Below, piece after piece: positions 51,775 through 63,911 of a stretch of 64,000 bases of DNA. The translations under genes and the position numbers were made by a program. Origin of the DNA: Octopus bimaculoides (taxonomy: Eukaryota); contig NC_068984.1 in NCBI RefSeq assembly GCF_001194135.2, positions 14,951,593 to 15,015,592 of the forward strand, written 5' to 3'. How positions within the stretch are numbered: the first letter of the stretch is position 1; each line of letters begins with the position of its first letter. Under the pieces are notes generated by a model that was not told where the DNA came from, ran no database searches, and saw nothing but the letters and a program-made list of their open reading frames with translations.

Positions 51775-52165
51775 CTGAGGCGTGATTGTGTGGTAAGAAG
51801 TTTGCTTCCCAACTACATGGTTCTGGGTTCAGTCTCACTGTGTGGCACCTTGGGCAAGTGTCCTCTTCTATAGTCTTAGACTGACCAAAGCCTTGTGAAT
51901 GGATTTGGTAGACAGAAACTGAAAGAACCCCATTGTCTGTGTGTCTTTGTGTCAGTGTTTGTCCTCAACCACCACTTGGAAACTGGTGCTAGTGTGTTTA
52001 CATCCTCCATAACTTAGTGGTTCAGAACAAAAGACTGATAGAATAGGTACCAGGCTTTACACAAAAAAATAATAAGTACTGGGGTTGATTCATTCAATTA
52101 AAAAACTCCTCATGGCGGTGCCCTAGCATGGCCGCAGTCCAATGACTGAAACAAGTATAAAGTAT
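51775..52165 (+). mobile_element. SINE family B, full length
   Basis: gaggcgtgattgtgtggtaagaagtttgc...catggccgcagtccaatgactgaaacaagta. Confidence 0.85.
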
Positions 52166-52309
52166 AAGACATATCTACCTCTCTGGAAAAACAGTATTAT
52201 TTTCCACATAGAGTTTACTTTGAATGTTACAGAATCTCAAGAAAAAGAATTTGTAACAGTCTGTGGCAATACATTATTGAACAGAGCAATGGGAAAAGAA
52301 GCTGTAGCT

Positions 52310-52735
52310 ATATCAGGGTGGCCGATGTCAGTGCCCCCTGACTGGCTCCTGTGCCAATGGCACGTAAAAAGCACTATCCAAACGTGGTCAACGCCAGTAC
52401 CCCCTGACTGGCTCCTGGTGGCACTTAAAAAGCACCATCCAAATATGGCTGATGCCAGTGCCCCCTGACTTGCTCCCGTGCTGGTGGCACATAAAAAGCT
52501 CTATCCCAACATGATCGATGCCAGGCCCACCTGACTGGCTCCTGTGCTGATGGCACATAAAAAACAGCCACAACATTCACGGAGTGGTTGGTGTTAGGAA
52601 GGGCATCCAGCTGTAGAATTCTTGCCAGATCAGATTGGAGCCTGGTGCAGCCACTGGCTCTCCAGACCTCAGTCAAACCATCCAACCCATGCCGGCATGG
52701 AAAAGAGACGTATGATGATGATGATGATGATGAAA
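52310..52735 (+). mobile_element. Retroposon family D with internal sub-repeats
   Basis: Repeated gtgccccctgactggctcc..ggcac.taaaaagc units, then aggaagggcatccagctgtag and a (GAT)n tail. Confidence 0.8.
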
Positions 52736-53241
52736 GCCAATCAAAATTACTGACTACCTTTTGCTACCATTTCTTTTTTAATTATGTTGCTTTTGTTTCA
52801 ATTCATTTTGAAAATAATGAAAAATTTAGTTAAATAATTTTGTTGTTATTAAACTGTTAGTTGGAACATGAACTGGTTTCAAATTTTCAACACCAAGTCA
52901 GCAAGTGCAAGGGAACAGGTAAGTCTATTACAATGACACCTGGGCTCAACTGGTGCTTATTTTATCAATCCCGAAAGGATGAAAAGCAAAGTTGACCTTG
53001 GTAGAATTTGAACTTAGAATGTAAAGACAAACAAAAGCCACTAAGCATTTTGTCCGGTGTGTTAATGGTTCTACCAGCTCGACACCCTTATTTGGAATGT
53101 AAGTTAACATTGAAGATTTGATGTCAGATTTTGTTTAGCTCACAGGATGGTTTCAGGTGGATATCAAAAGGGTTAAAAATATATAAAACCATATGATAAT
53201 AACTAAATACAGATTGGAAAATATACAAAAGAACAGCTTAC

Positions 53242-53415
53242 TGTTGTTGCTGAAGCAGCCTGGTTCACAGCATCTGTAGAATTAAATAAAGAAGGTGATG
53301 CAAGAGCAATATGTGGTCTCCGAAGACTGAATTTATTCAACGAAGAGCGTCCTATGCAGAGATGGTTGAGAGAAGCTACTGTGTATTCCCTTGAAGCTAA
53401 CATTGATATGTTCAT
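53242..53415 (-). CDS. OXA1L: OXA1L exon 2 (mitochondrial presequence)
   Basis: ttgtag|ATG acceptor, |gtaagc donor, phase 0; MNISMLASREYTVASLNHLCIGRSSLNKFSLRRPH is R/S/L-rich and acid-poor; chains in frame to exon 3. Confidence 0.8.
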
Positions 53416-54348
53416 CTACAAAATATAAAGAATTTTACAAACAAAATTAATACAGCAATAAAATAAAGATGAAATGGTGGATTTATTTTTTAATTTATGA
53501 ACTTGTATGGTATTATGGTCAAACCCTAACAGAGTTAGATCAGACAAATTACTAACTAACCACAGTTTTCTTCAGTTTTTTTATTATTTATTTTACCTCC
53601 CTTACACTGTCTCTACTTACTCAAAAAGAATATATCATTTTTTCAGACATAATTAAAAGGAAGATTGAATGTAGTAAAAAACGCAGGATCAGGCGAGAGG
53701 GTACCGATACAAAATGGGATTAGGTAACTGAGTTAAGAGAGCCTGCAGAGAGGCAACACAAGACTGACTGACTTTTAAGTGATAATCCAAAGTGAAAGAA
53801 TAAAAAAGGCAGAGCAAAAACACAGTATATGTGGGGCCATAAGCTGGAGTGTTAGTGAACATCCATGTCTTTCAGCTAGGTGGTTTTTCAGGGGATACAT
53901 CAGAAAGATGCGGATGCTGCACACACAGGAGCAGTACTTTAACCTTTTAGAGAATTAAGAACTAAAGCATTTTCTGGGCCTAAAGAGGAAAGACCAATCT
54001 TTGGAAATACAGTTCTGGAGAGATCATCAGAGACAGTGAGGTTTAGAATTTGTAGCAACTTAGGATTTAGTTGTGTATTATTTATGACTAGAGAGAAGCT
54101 AAACGTGTGTTTCTTTGATAAGGGCAGTGATTGTGCTTTTGAACTATTGACAGAGACAAGATTGATATGGCCCCCATTGGAGACCGTTTCTGAAATCTCT
54201 GTTCATGGAGATAGAGAAGTTTTGATGCATAGAACATTAAGGACCTCTGAGATAGGTAAGCAGGATTCCCAGGCGACGCTTAATCACCAATTCAGTAGCC
54301 CCTTGTATGTGAATTCTATTCCGATTGGTGATCACTGATTCCACCTAC

Positions 54349-54447
54349 CCTCGCACCGTGGCAGAATAAGTCCAGACCTCGACGTCTTGTTTCGCCCGCA
54401 GATATCGTAAGAAAGACTTGACCTATCGCTGGCCGATGTGACGTCAT
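54349..54447 (-). CDS. OXA1L: Probable OXA1L exon 1 (coding MTSH...HGAR, or partly 5' UTR)
   Basis: GC-richer island; |gtaggt donor in phase 0 with exon 2; the only ATG overlaps a TGACGTCA site. Confidence 0.5.
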
Positions 54448-54462
54448 CTCGTCCCCTTCCGG
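54439..54462 (-). promoter_or_regulatory. CRE palindrome TGACGTCA plus ETS/GABP-like CCGGAAG in the OXA1L promoter region
   Basis: TGACGTCA at 54439-54446; CCGGAAG on the minus strand at 54456-54462. Confidence 0.55.
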
Positions 54463-56166
54463 TCGTCTTGCGAAGGTCCCTCTTTTTCCCTTCTGGACAA
54501 TCACTCTTCCACCAAATACAATTGATAAAAAAAAAACTTCCAATTTCTTTTATTAACATTTATTATCACGCTTTGATAGATATTTAAAATAAATGATAAG
54601 ACGTCATTGATGCAACCAACAAATAAACCTCTTCGTTTCAATAACTTTGCAATAATTAAGGAATCGCTAAAAATAACAAGAGTATCTTTGCAAGAATTTG
54701 TATCAATGAACTGCAAATATACCTAATATTTATATTTGAAGTGTGTTAGCGAGTAGTTGTAAACAAAACAGTTTAACAATTGTATTAGCGTCATATGACG
54801 ACGAACGGTGCGCTGAAGGTCAACAGGAAGGGTAACCAACCCAACAAGGGAATAAACAACGTTTATTTCTACCCCAAAATAATATAAACTACTATTTTAT
54901 AGAACATACAAATGATATATTATAAGCGATCAGTATTCTGTAGATAATTACTTAGAAATCTTTTAATCGGTAGATAAGCAACGACAAGAGATTACCGGTT
55001 GTGATAGCAGTAAAGTCATATAAAGTTAAAAGAAAAAAAAAACGACATTCTTTCATTTAAAATCATAACTTTTCCAGAGGTAGGAATCATCAATTTTGTA
55101 ACAAATAATTACCTTCTGAGTCCATACTTTTCGAGAAATTCTTCTCGTTATATCAAATAAACGCACATGCCCCATGCAGGTAGCCATGATGTTGTATAAC
55201 AGGTTACATCTAAAATATGGAACAGAAGATTAAAACGAAACGATCCTAAAAACTTGGAATTAGAATTACAAAGACTGGTGAGCGAAACTATGGATTGTAT
55301 AAAATTTCGTTTCACGTGAAGGATTGTAAAGTACAGATAGTTTACATCTGATGAGTTAAAAAAACTGATTTTGTTTCTTACTTACAGTCTCGTGTTGTTG
55401 TTTAGCCGCAGGTCAGCTCTGATTGAGCAAACCTATGAAGACATCTTAATCTTCATCCTGTTTTTCCCCTATGTCCAGGGAACCCAAGACAACATTATCT
55501 AACAAGTCTTTTTTTAATTCGATAGGACGAGATTCAAAGAAGATTTGACGACTATTTCCAGCAGGTCAAACAACCACGTTGGGGTTCTTTCATTGACTCA
55601 AACTGTCTCATATAAATAATAAAGAATTTGTTGAAGTCATATTATACACATAAATATTATTATATATTCATAAGTCCATAAAATTCTAATAATGGATTGT
55701 TTTCCCATTCTTTCTAATACAAAGAAACAACTAAAAGTTACATCAGTTTCGGAACACGACTTGGAAAGCATTTTCTGGCGTTAGTGCGCAGTTCTCAACG
55801 AATTTTTGTCGAACTTTGCTGTCGTATGAAATCAGTGACTTTTAGGATTCTTACTTTGGGAACAAAAAAGTTTGCCAAGATCAAAAAGCAGAGTTGCCTC
55901 GTGCTTGGCCAAGAAACCGTGGATAAGATGTGTAAAGACTTGGCTTGGCCCTGCCTGTTATTCGAAACTGAAACCATTCGCTTGTTTCTTGTCAAACAAT
56001 TCTTAAATCTCTTTATCTTTGCATCTCCACAGTGAATGATGTATAGCAAACACGTGACCTAAGACCTTTTCATAGTCACTTAAAGATCAGTCCTTTGTTT
56101 AGAATCTGAACTGCGTCCTAGCATAGTCTATATAACAGAGACCATTTCCTTTCTCCCTCCTTTTTG

Positions 56167-56624
56167 TGTCAGCCATGACCAGGAGCGACACTTCTCTTCG
56201 TCTTTCGGTCGTCATATGAAGAGCAGCTTTCGGCCGAAATCAAAAAGGGACGATGCCGCCTTTATCCTTTCTCCCTCTCTTGTCAGCACTGTGCAATCCC
56301 TACGCTTTCTCTCTCTACCAGCAGAGCGCAACTTCCACACTATTGACTACCAGCCAGCAGGAGAACCTTTTGTCATTGTCGACTACAATTACTGCTGTCT
56401 TGGGCAAATAAAAGATGTAAATAATACTGTAAATAATATTCCTTCCTTTTCGAAGTTCTTCTTCATTGGTATCTCTTGTCGTGAGAACCTCACATCAACA
56501 ATTCGCTACATTTACAAGTGTTACATCTACACGCTACATTTGGCAGACGGCTACCTCTTACCGCTGCACTGACAATGCCGACGTGCAGACACATTTTTGC
56601 CGCTGCATTTGGTGACCTCCGACG
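56167..56624 (+). mobile_element. LTR retrotransposon LTR plus tRNA-Trp-type primer binding site (Ty3/Gypsy-like remnant)
   Basis: ...gctgCA-tt-TGGTGACCTCCGACG at 56610-56624 resembles TGGTGACCCCGACG; AATAAA near 56405; the 5' TGT boundary is tentative. Confidence 0.5.
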
Positions 56625-56939
56625 AAAAAGAATAACAGCCTTCACTTCAACAAGCGTTAAATTGTAGACTTAATTATAACTTTATTGCAAGTTTTATTCA
56701 TTTGTTGATTACTTACGCCTCATTCTAAAGAAACCCACGCCTCACCTTGAAAAATACTAGGCTCAGCGGATAGGAGAGTGAGGGAGTGACAACCCAATCT
56801 ACATCAGAGAAGTTGATAAAGAATAATACTTTGATAAAGAAGTTGATAAAGAATAATACATCTGTTAGAGAAAGGATAATACTTTGACGACCTAATCTTC
56901 AGGAAACTCGAATGGTTGTTCAATGTAAAACTCTCCCCA

Positions 56940-57951
56940 GACTCCCTAAGTCTGCGCAAGTACTCGTCTTTATCTCTTCCCTGTTTTCTTTCCTCCGTCC
57001 ATGCTTGCTCCCCTTTGGTAGGCCACACCCTCTCCTCTCCAGCATGGACTAATTGTAACAGGGAGATAGACGAAGCTCTTTCACAATGGAGAGAGGTGGG
57101 TTTGTCAGTTCCGGTTACAGTGAAGGATAGACGGAAACAGAGAGTATGGGACAATCTGCGTTCAGGTGTCATTTTCAACACTCTCCTTGATCAATCTGAT
57201 CAATTTTCAAGGTGTCGCCTACTTTCAGCTAGTGCAAAATTCTCAGGGCACTGGATTGATACCCTGCCTGTGGCCAACATTAGAGGTCTACTCAGTCTAA
57301 ATGAACTCCGAATCTCCATTGCACACAGAGTGGGAGCTGACGTCTGTAGGGGACCGAGATGCCGCTGTGGTAGGGCCCTCGACCCCACAGGTCTTCACGG
57401 TCTGTCTTGCCGCCTAAATGCTGGTCGCTTCGTTCGTCACGCCGAGCTAAACTTAATCGTTAAGCGGACCCTGGCTCAGATTAATATCTCCTCAGTTCTG
57501 GAGCAGTTGAGATTATCCAGAAGTGATGGAAAGAGACCAGATGGTCTTACCCTCTGTACCTCGGTTAGAGGCAGGTGCCTCATTTGGGACACCAGTCTGC
57601 GACTCCTTTGCTCCCTCCCAAATCCTGGATGCTGCAGTTAATGTAAAGGGTTACTGCTCCCGTAGCCGAACGGAAGAAAACCCTGAAGTATCGGGACCTG
57701 ACAGTGAACTATCTTTTCCAAGTTGTGACGTTTGAGACGTTCGGAGGGGCTGAGCCGCTAACCGCGAAGTTCTTGTCAACGTTGGCAGCTCGCCTCACCG
57801 AGGTGTCAGGTGATGCCCGTGAGGGCGCTTGGCTTCCCAATGTCTTAGCCTCACCATCGCCCGTGTTAATACTGCCAGCGTGCTGGCTTGCTTCAGTAGG
57901 TTCCTTTAAACCTTCTGGTGTGCGACCAGTCGCTGTGATAAAAAAAAAAAA
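56940..57951 (+). mobile_element. CRE-clade non-LTR retrotransposon, 5' truncated, with zinc-knuckle, restriction-like endonuclease and poly(A)
   Basis: LRKYSSLSLPCFLSSVHA...LRISIAHRVGA...CRCGRALDPTGLHGLSC...RHAELN...GKRPDGLTL...CLIWDT, frameshifts, then VTFETFGG...LAARLTEVSGDAREGAWL; A12 tail at 57940-57951. Confidence 0.8.
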
Positions 57952-58213
57952 TTCCCCACAAATGGTTTCAATGCAGTTTTAACAGAAAAATTTAGAAGAA
58001 TTAGATGAAAGTTCTCCTGTAATTTTCTTTTATGTAAAAAATAAATGTTTATGTCAATTTTAAAATTTCCCAGCAAAATCTTATAAAATGGCAATGTTCT
58101 AAAAGATGTCCATGTTCATATGTTAGAAATGAAAATCTCCGCGTCCATGTAAGGTATGAGAAGAAATTGAAGTTATCTCCCTTGCTGAATTCTCAGAATT
58201 CAAATTTGGAATC

Positions 58214-58372
58214 ATGGCGGCGATTATTCGTGTGAAACGTCGTATTTCCGATGGACCTTTGGAAAATATTGTTGTTTCTTGTAAAAAGAATCGCTTGATT
58301 GAGAACGTGAATACACCTAATGAGGAGATTGTTACTACAGAGTTAAAGTTTGCCGGAACTGTTGTTGATAAG
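58214..58372 (+). CDS. SLC7A6OS: SLC7A6OS (Iwr1 family) coding exon 1
   Basis: atcATGGCG start; MAAIIRVKRRISDGPLENIVVSCKKNR (human VLRVKRKRSAEPAEALVLACKRLR); |gtaaca donor, phase 0. Confidence 0.88.
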
Positions 58373-58621
58373 GTAACATCTTTCAAATAAAACTTGTAAC
58401 TTTGTCATTTTCTTGTGAGAGCTAAACACGGCAGGTATTGTTGTTGTTGTTATTTTGTCGCTGGTCAAACCCCAACTTAGGTGGGCTATGGGCCCTTCGT
58501 TTCTAGGTCTCCGTGATAGTTAAAGTCATAATTTACTTGTCCTGGTTATGATGAAGAAATAAAACTCACTGATGGAACCGTTTGGCTGTGTACCATGTTA
58601 ACATGCGGTTTACCGATGTAT

Positions 58622-58983
58622 GTGGAGGCGCAATGGCCCAGTGGTTAGGGCAGCGGACTCGCGGTTTCGATTCCCAGACCGGGCGTTGTGAGTGTTTATT
58701 GAGCGAAAACACCTAAAAGCTCCACGAGGCTCCCGCAGGGGTTAGTGACGAACCCTACTGGGCACTTTCACCACAACTTTCTCTCACTCTTACTTCCTGT
58801 TTCTGTTGTGCCTGTAATCCAAAGGGTCAGACTGTGTCACGCTGAATATCCCCGAGAACTAATTTAAGGGTACATGTGTCTGTGGAGTGCTCAGCCACTT
58901 GCACGTTAATTTCACGAGCAGGTTGTTCCGTTGATCGGATCAACTGGAACCCTTGATGTCGTAAGCGACGGAGTGCCAACAAC
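58622..58983 (+). mobile_element. SINE family A in SLC7A6OS intron 1
   Basis: Matches the copies at 7791-8174 and 39385-39756. Confidence 0.88.
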
Positions 58984-59164
58984 CCATGTATGTATAAACA
59001 GATACATTTTCGCAAAGAAAACATGTGAATTGAAGTTGTCAAAAATTAGGTTAAAAGAATATGGGAGTTTCTTATACATGGATAATATCATAATCCTTGA
59101 TAAAGCCTTTTTTCAAAATTTTAAGCCTAAAAAATTTAGGGGTTCCTTATTTCTTTTCTTTTAG

Positions 59165-59482
59165 GCAGATGCTATTTCACAGCACATTCGTAAAGCAATC
59201 AAAAAGGAAAAACTTGAGAAAGAATATAAACGTCATGCTTGCCAGAACCCTACTGTTAGAAGCCGCACCATTTCCCAGGCATCATCGAAGAACAAACGAT
59301 ATTTTGTTATTTCAAAATACAGGAGCCCAGAATTGGATAAAATTGATTCTGTAAATGTTGACGATGAAACTACTTCACAAAAAACGCAAGATGCTACCAA
59401 AGAAACTGTGACTGACCCTGACAGGGACAAATTGTATGTTCTGTATGATATTGAACAGGATGTGGTCCCCATTACTGCAAAT
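59165..59482 (+). CDS. SLC7A6OS: SLC7A6OS coding exon 2
   Basis: ttttag| acceptor, |gtgagt donor, phase 0/0, 106 open codons; ADAISQHIRKA...KRYFVISKYR...LYVLYDIEQD (human GRYRVLSSRR...FQLLDLVHE). Confidence 0.85.
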
Positions 59483-59643
59483 GTGAGTTTTCCATTAGTC
59501 TTTTTTTTCTTTCTTTCATCATAGTTTAACAAATTTGTTCTTATGTCACATAAAATGCCATTTTGCACTATTGAATTTTCATCCTTTTTATGTTTCAAAA
59601 TCAGCCTTCATTGCGATCCACTTTGCTTATCATCCTTCCAGGC

Positions 59644-60250
59644 TCATCATCATCATCACCATCATCATCATCATCGTTTAACGTCCGCTTTCCATGCTAG
59701 CATGGGTTGGACGATTTGACTGACGACTGGTGAACCAGATGGCTACACCAGGCTCCAATCTGATTTGGCAGAGTTTCTACAGCTGGATACCCTTCCTAAC
59801 GCCAACCACTCCGAGAGTGTAGTGGGTGCTTTTACGTGCCACAGGCACGAAAGCCAGTCAGGCGGTACTGGCAACAGCCATGCTCAAAATGGTGTATTTT
59901 ACATGCCACCTGCACAGGAAGTACCTGGGAAATATAAGGGTTGATTTAATCAATTAAGACTGTGCCAGTGACATGTAAGAGGGACCATTCGAGCATGGTG
60001 ATGCCAGTTCTGCCTGACTGGCACGTAAACAGCACCATTCAAGCATGACTGATGCCAATGCTACCTGACTGGCACCCATGCCAGTGGCATGTAAAAAGCA
60101 CCATTTGAGCATGTCCAATGCCAGGCATCAAGTTGTAGAAACTCTGCCAAATCAGATTGGAGCCTAGAGCAGCCTCCTGGCTTACTAGTCCTCAATCAAA
60201 CCGTCCAACCCATGCCAGCATAGAAAGCAGACGTTAAACAACGACGATGA
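59644..60250. mobile_element. Two family D copies, head to head
   Basis: Minus-strand copy at 59644-59920 and plus-strand copy at about 59960-60250. Confidence 0.75.
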
Positions 60251-60829
60251 ACACTACCCACGAAATTTGTGTCTCTGTAACTATATTATAAATTAATATT
60301 TGGGGAACAGAAGGCAGTAAACTGGCAGAGTCGTTAGCACACCAAGCGAAATTCTTGCCGGCATTTTGTCCATCTTCACATTCTATGTTTAAATTCTACC
60401 GAGGTTGACTTTGCCTTTCATCTTTTCAGGGTTGATAAAATAAGTATTTATTTAGCACAGGGGTCGATACGAGTGACTTACCCACTCCACAAAAATTGCA
60501 GGCCTTGTACCAAAATTTGAAATCCATATTTTGGGTTTGTTAAAATTGATAGCCTATCGGATGGTTTGTTTTATTTCATTAAGACTCCTTAGTTTGTGAC
60601 TTCAAATCCTGGTCAGCTCTGCCTGTCAGTTTTCTAGAGTTGATAAAGTAAGTACCAGTCAAATACTGGTGGCAATCTATCATTAGACTTGAACTAAGCA
60701 CTGGAAATTAATGAAACGTTTGTTCTCTACACATTTAGTGCATTTATATCAATCCCAAATGTTGGACTCAGTTTAGTGAGTGATTGAGTTAATCTACTTT
60801 CAGAGTTATCTACCTTTAATGTTGTAAAC

Positions 60830-61035
60830 ATCACCTGTGCTGGTGCCATGTAAAAACACCCCAGTAAATTCCTGTAAAGTGGTTGGCATTAGGAAGGGCA
60901 TCAAGCCATAGAAACCATACTAAAACAGTCTGTTGGAGCCTGGTGTAGCTCTCCAGCTTGCTAGCTGCTGTCAAACCGTTCAGCCTGGATAACAGACGTT
61001 AAATGATGATGATGATGATGATGATGATGGTGATG
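60830..61035 (+). mobile_element. Retroposon family D, 3' part
   Basis: gtggttggcattaggaagggcatc...gacgttaaat(GAT)n. Confidence 0.75.
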
Positions 61036-61065
61036 TTCTGCATTAGAACATAAAGAAGCAAAACC

Positions 61066-61235
61066 TGTGAGCTGGCAGAAACGTTAGCACGCCGGGCGAA
61101 ATGCCTAGTGGTATTTCGTCTGCCGTTACGTTCTGAGTTCAAATTCCGCTGAGGTTGACTTTGCTTTTCATCCTTTTGGGGTCAAGGTAATCAACTTAAT
61201 CCCCTTGTCTGTCCTTGTTTGTCCCCTCTATGTTC
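61066..61235 (+). mobile_element. SINE family C
   Basis: gtgagctggcagaaacgttagcacgccgggcgaaatg...gtctgtccttgtttgtcccctcta. Confidence 0.8.
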
Positions 61236-61471
61236 TGCATATAAATGCAGTAAAACCCTTGAACAATGTGCCCCAGCATGGCCACAATTTAATGAGTAAA
61301 ACCAGTAAAAGAACAAAATAATAAATATCTTAATTTGTATAACATTCTAGTATTTCTATAGTAAAGCTTTATTGAAAATTCCATTTGATTAGTAAAGCAT
61401 TGTCAAAGTTTGTATTTGATCATTTGATGAGTTTTCGAGTCATTAGTTGTTTTCTTGCTTATATCTTCCAG

Positions 61472-61778
61472 CCCCAGCATAAGGATGTTGTCACCTGCAA
61501 TTCAGTCCCCATGGAAAGGGAAAAGGTACATCACAACACAAACGGAGAATATGTGTATGATTTATATTATACAAACCGTTCCGGATTTGATTATCGCTGG
61601 CTTGAGAGCACCTCGTCCATTGAACTGTATGAACAGATTTTGATGGACGACAGATTGTCTGATTCTGATGAATATGTCGAGGAAGATTCAGACAGCAATG
61701 ATGAAAACAACTGGAGAAATGACTATCCTGATGAAGACCCCCACTTCTACGATCCTAATGAAAAAAACAGTGATGATG
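61472..61778 (+). CDS. SLC7A6OS: SLC7A6OS coding exon 3 (Iwr1 domain)
   Basis: ttccag| acceptor, |gtaagc donor, phase 0/1; VTCNSVPMERE...EYVYDLYY...EEDSDSNDENNWRNDYPDED is the Iwr1 hallmark. Confidence 0.93.
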
Positions 61779-62802
61779 GTAAGCTGGAAAAACCTCAACT
61801 AGCCTATTATCATTTTAGCTTTTTAAATCGGCCATATCCAGTCCAAATATTCTACCTGCTTTGTGTTCAAACCAGCCAGATCTGACCTCTCATACCTACT
61901 CTACAGTGTCGTTCTAAAAATAAGCATCATTTTCATCATCCTTTAACATCCATTTTCCATGCTGGCAAGGATTGAATGGTTTGACCAGAGCAGGCAGCCC
62001 CGGTGAGCTGCACCAGGTTCAGGTCTTATTTGGCTTGCTTACTATAGCTGGGTGCTTTTCAAAATCTCAAAGTTTTGAGATAAAGCTTTATTAACTCAAA
62101 ACTATGTGAAAAAAATAAGCTTTACATCTGACAGAATAATCTGAATGCTAAGGGGTTAACTTCAGACCAGCCCCAATTGAGGCATTCTAGTCATAACCAT
62201 CTAGTGGTCTCTTCTTCTTCCCACCTCCTCCTCATCATCATTTAATGTCTGTTTTCTTTGCTGGTATGGATTGGACTGTTTGACAGGATAAGGCAAATTG
62301 CAGGGCTGCACTGAACTGTAACGTCAGCTTTGGCATGTTTTCTATGGCTGGATGCCCTTCCTAACACCAACCTCCTTACAGTGTATGCTTTTTTGTGCCA
62401 CCAGCTCTAGTCAGGTTGTCGAATAACTTGCATGACAAAAAGAACAGAAAAGGATAAAAGCTTCCTGTTGGGAGGTTTTTATCCTTTTCTGACAGATTTT
62501 CTATACCCGGACGCCCTTACTGTTGCCAACATTCACCTGTTTCTAAGCAAGGTAATATTTACCAATGGCCAGACATTTTCTTTGTAAAAAATTGGAAATA
62601 AATGATGTTCATTTGCAACAATTATGTGATGTCAAGATAAGGAGACACAAAGACCCTCACCTTCACATACATATATGAATGCATGCATTGGACTTCTTTC
62701 AGTTTCTGTATACCAAATCCCCACACAAGGTACCATACACTGATACTGAACCTAAAACGATGTGGTTGGAAAGCAAACTCCTTAACCATACAGCCATACC
62801 TG

Positions 62803-63310
62803 TCATCATCATCATCGTTTAATGTCTGCTTTCCATACTGGCATGGGTTGGGCGGTTTGACTGAGGACTGGCAAGCCAGGAGGCTGAACCAGGTTCAAGT
62901 TCAATCTGGCAAAGTTTCTACAGCTGGATGCCCTTTCTAATGCCAACCACTCCAAGAGTGTAGTGGGTGCTTTTTACATGCCACTGGGGGCCAGTCAGGC
63001 GGCACTGGCATTGACCACACTTGAATGGTGCTTTTTATGTGGGGGCCAGTCATGCAGCACTGCTATTTACCACGCTCAAATGGTGCCATCGGCACAAGAG
63101 CCAGTCACACAGCACTGACATCGACCATACTTGAATGGTGCTTTTTACATGCTTCTGTCACAGGTGCCAATCAGGTGGCATTGGCGTCGACCATGCTCGA
63201 ATGGTGCTTTTTATGCGCCACCGGCACAGGTGCTAGTCAGGCAGCACTGGCATCGGCCACAACTATGATTTCACTTGACTCAAAAGGTCTTCTCAAGCAC
63301 AGCATATTGG
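62803..63310 (-). mobile_element. Retroposon family D with internal sub-repeats
   Basis: (CAT)n tail plus repeated gccagtca..cactggcat.gacca..ct.gaatggtgcttttt units. Confidence 0.75.
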
Positions 63311-63911
63311 CAACCAGGTATTGTTGTTTAGCCTCAGTCAGTTCAGGTGAAAGGGATACAATGAAAGGCATTCTGGTTATAACTGTCCCATTATTTTGTA
63401 ATTCAGAAAATATATTATCAGTTCATCCAGAAGGTGAGTGGCTCATTGGTTAGGATATTCAGCTCACAATCATAAGGTCCTGAGTTCAATACTTGGCTGC
63501 ATATTGTATCCTTGAGTCAGATCCTTTATTTCATATTGTTCCAGTCTGTTCAGCTAGCAAAAATTAGTAGTACATGTATTGTTACATTCTGTGTCATGCT
63601 GAAACTCCCTGAGAACTATGTTAAAGGTATGCATGTCTATGGAGTACTCAGCCACTTGTAAGTTAATTTCGCAAGCAAGCTGTTCCATTGATCAGATCAG
63701 CTTGAGCCCTCGTTGTCATAACCAACAAATTGCCAGTTATCAATTCATCGTTCCTTTTTTAAATAATTTAGTGTGATTTCAGGTAATTCTCTGCCATTTG
63801 TAACCGATGTAATGACCACAAAAATGCTTCCCCATTTTTATTGTGTTGATAGAATCATCCAGATATGTTTTCATGTATTATTAATTTTGTTCCCTCTGTT
63901 TTGTTTTTTAG

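Noticed and set aside
55780-56572. ORFs in the intergenic spacer as small genes
   Set aside because: No recognisable domains or splice structure; they overlap the putative LTR remnant
59700-59760. CTGA(G/C)GA-CTGG-TGAA-CCAG hairpin in family D copies as a hammerhead
   Set aside because: No GAAA after the stem and no stem III or UH site
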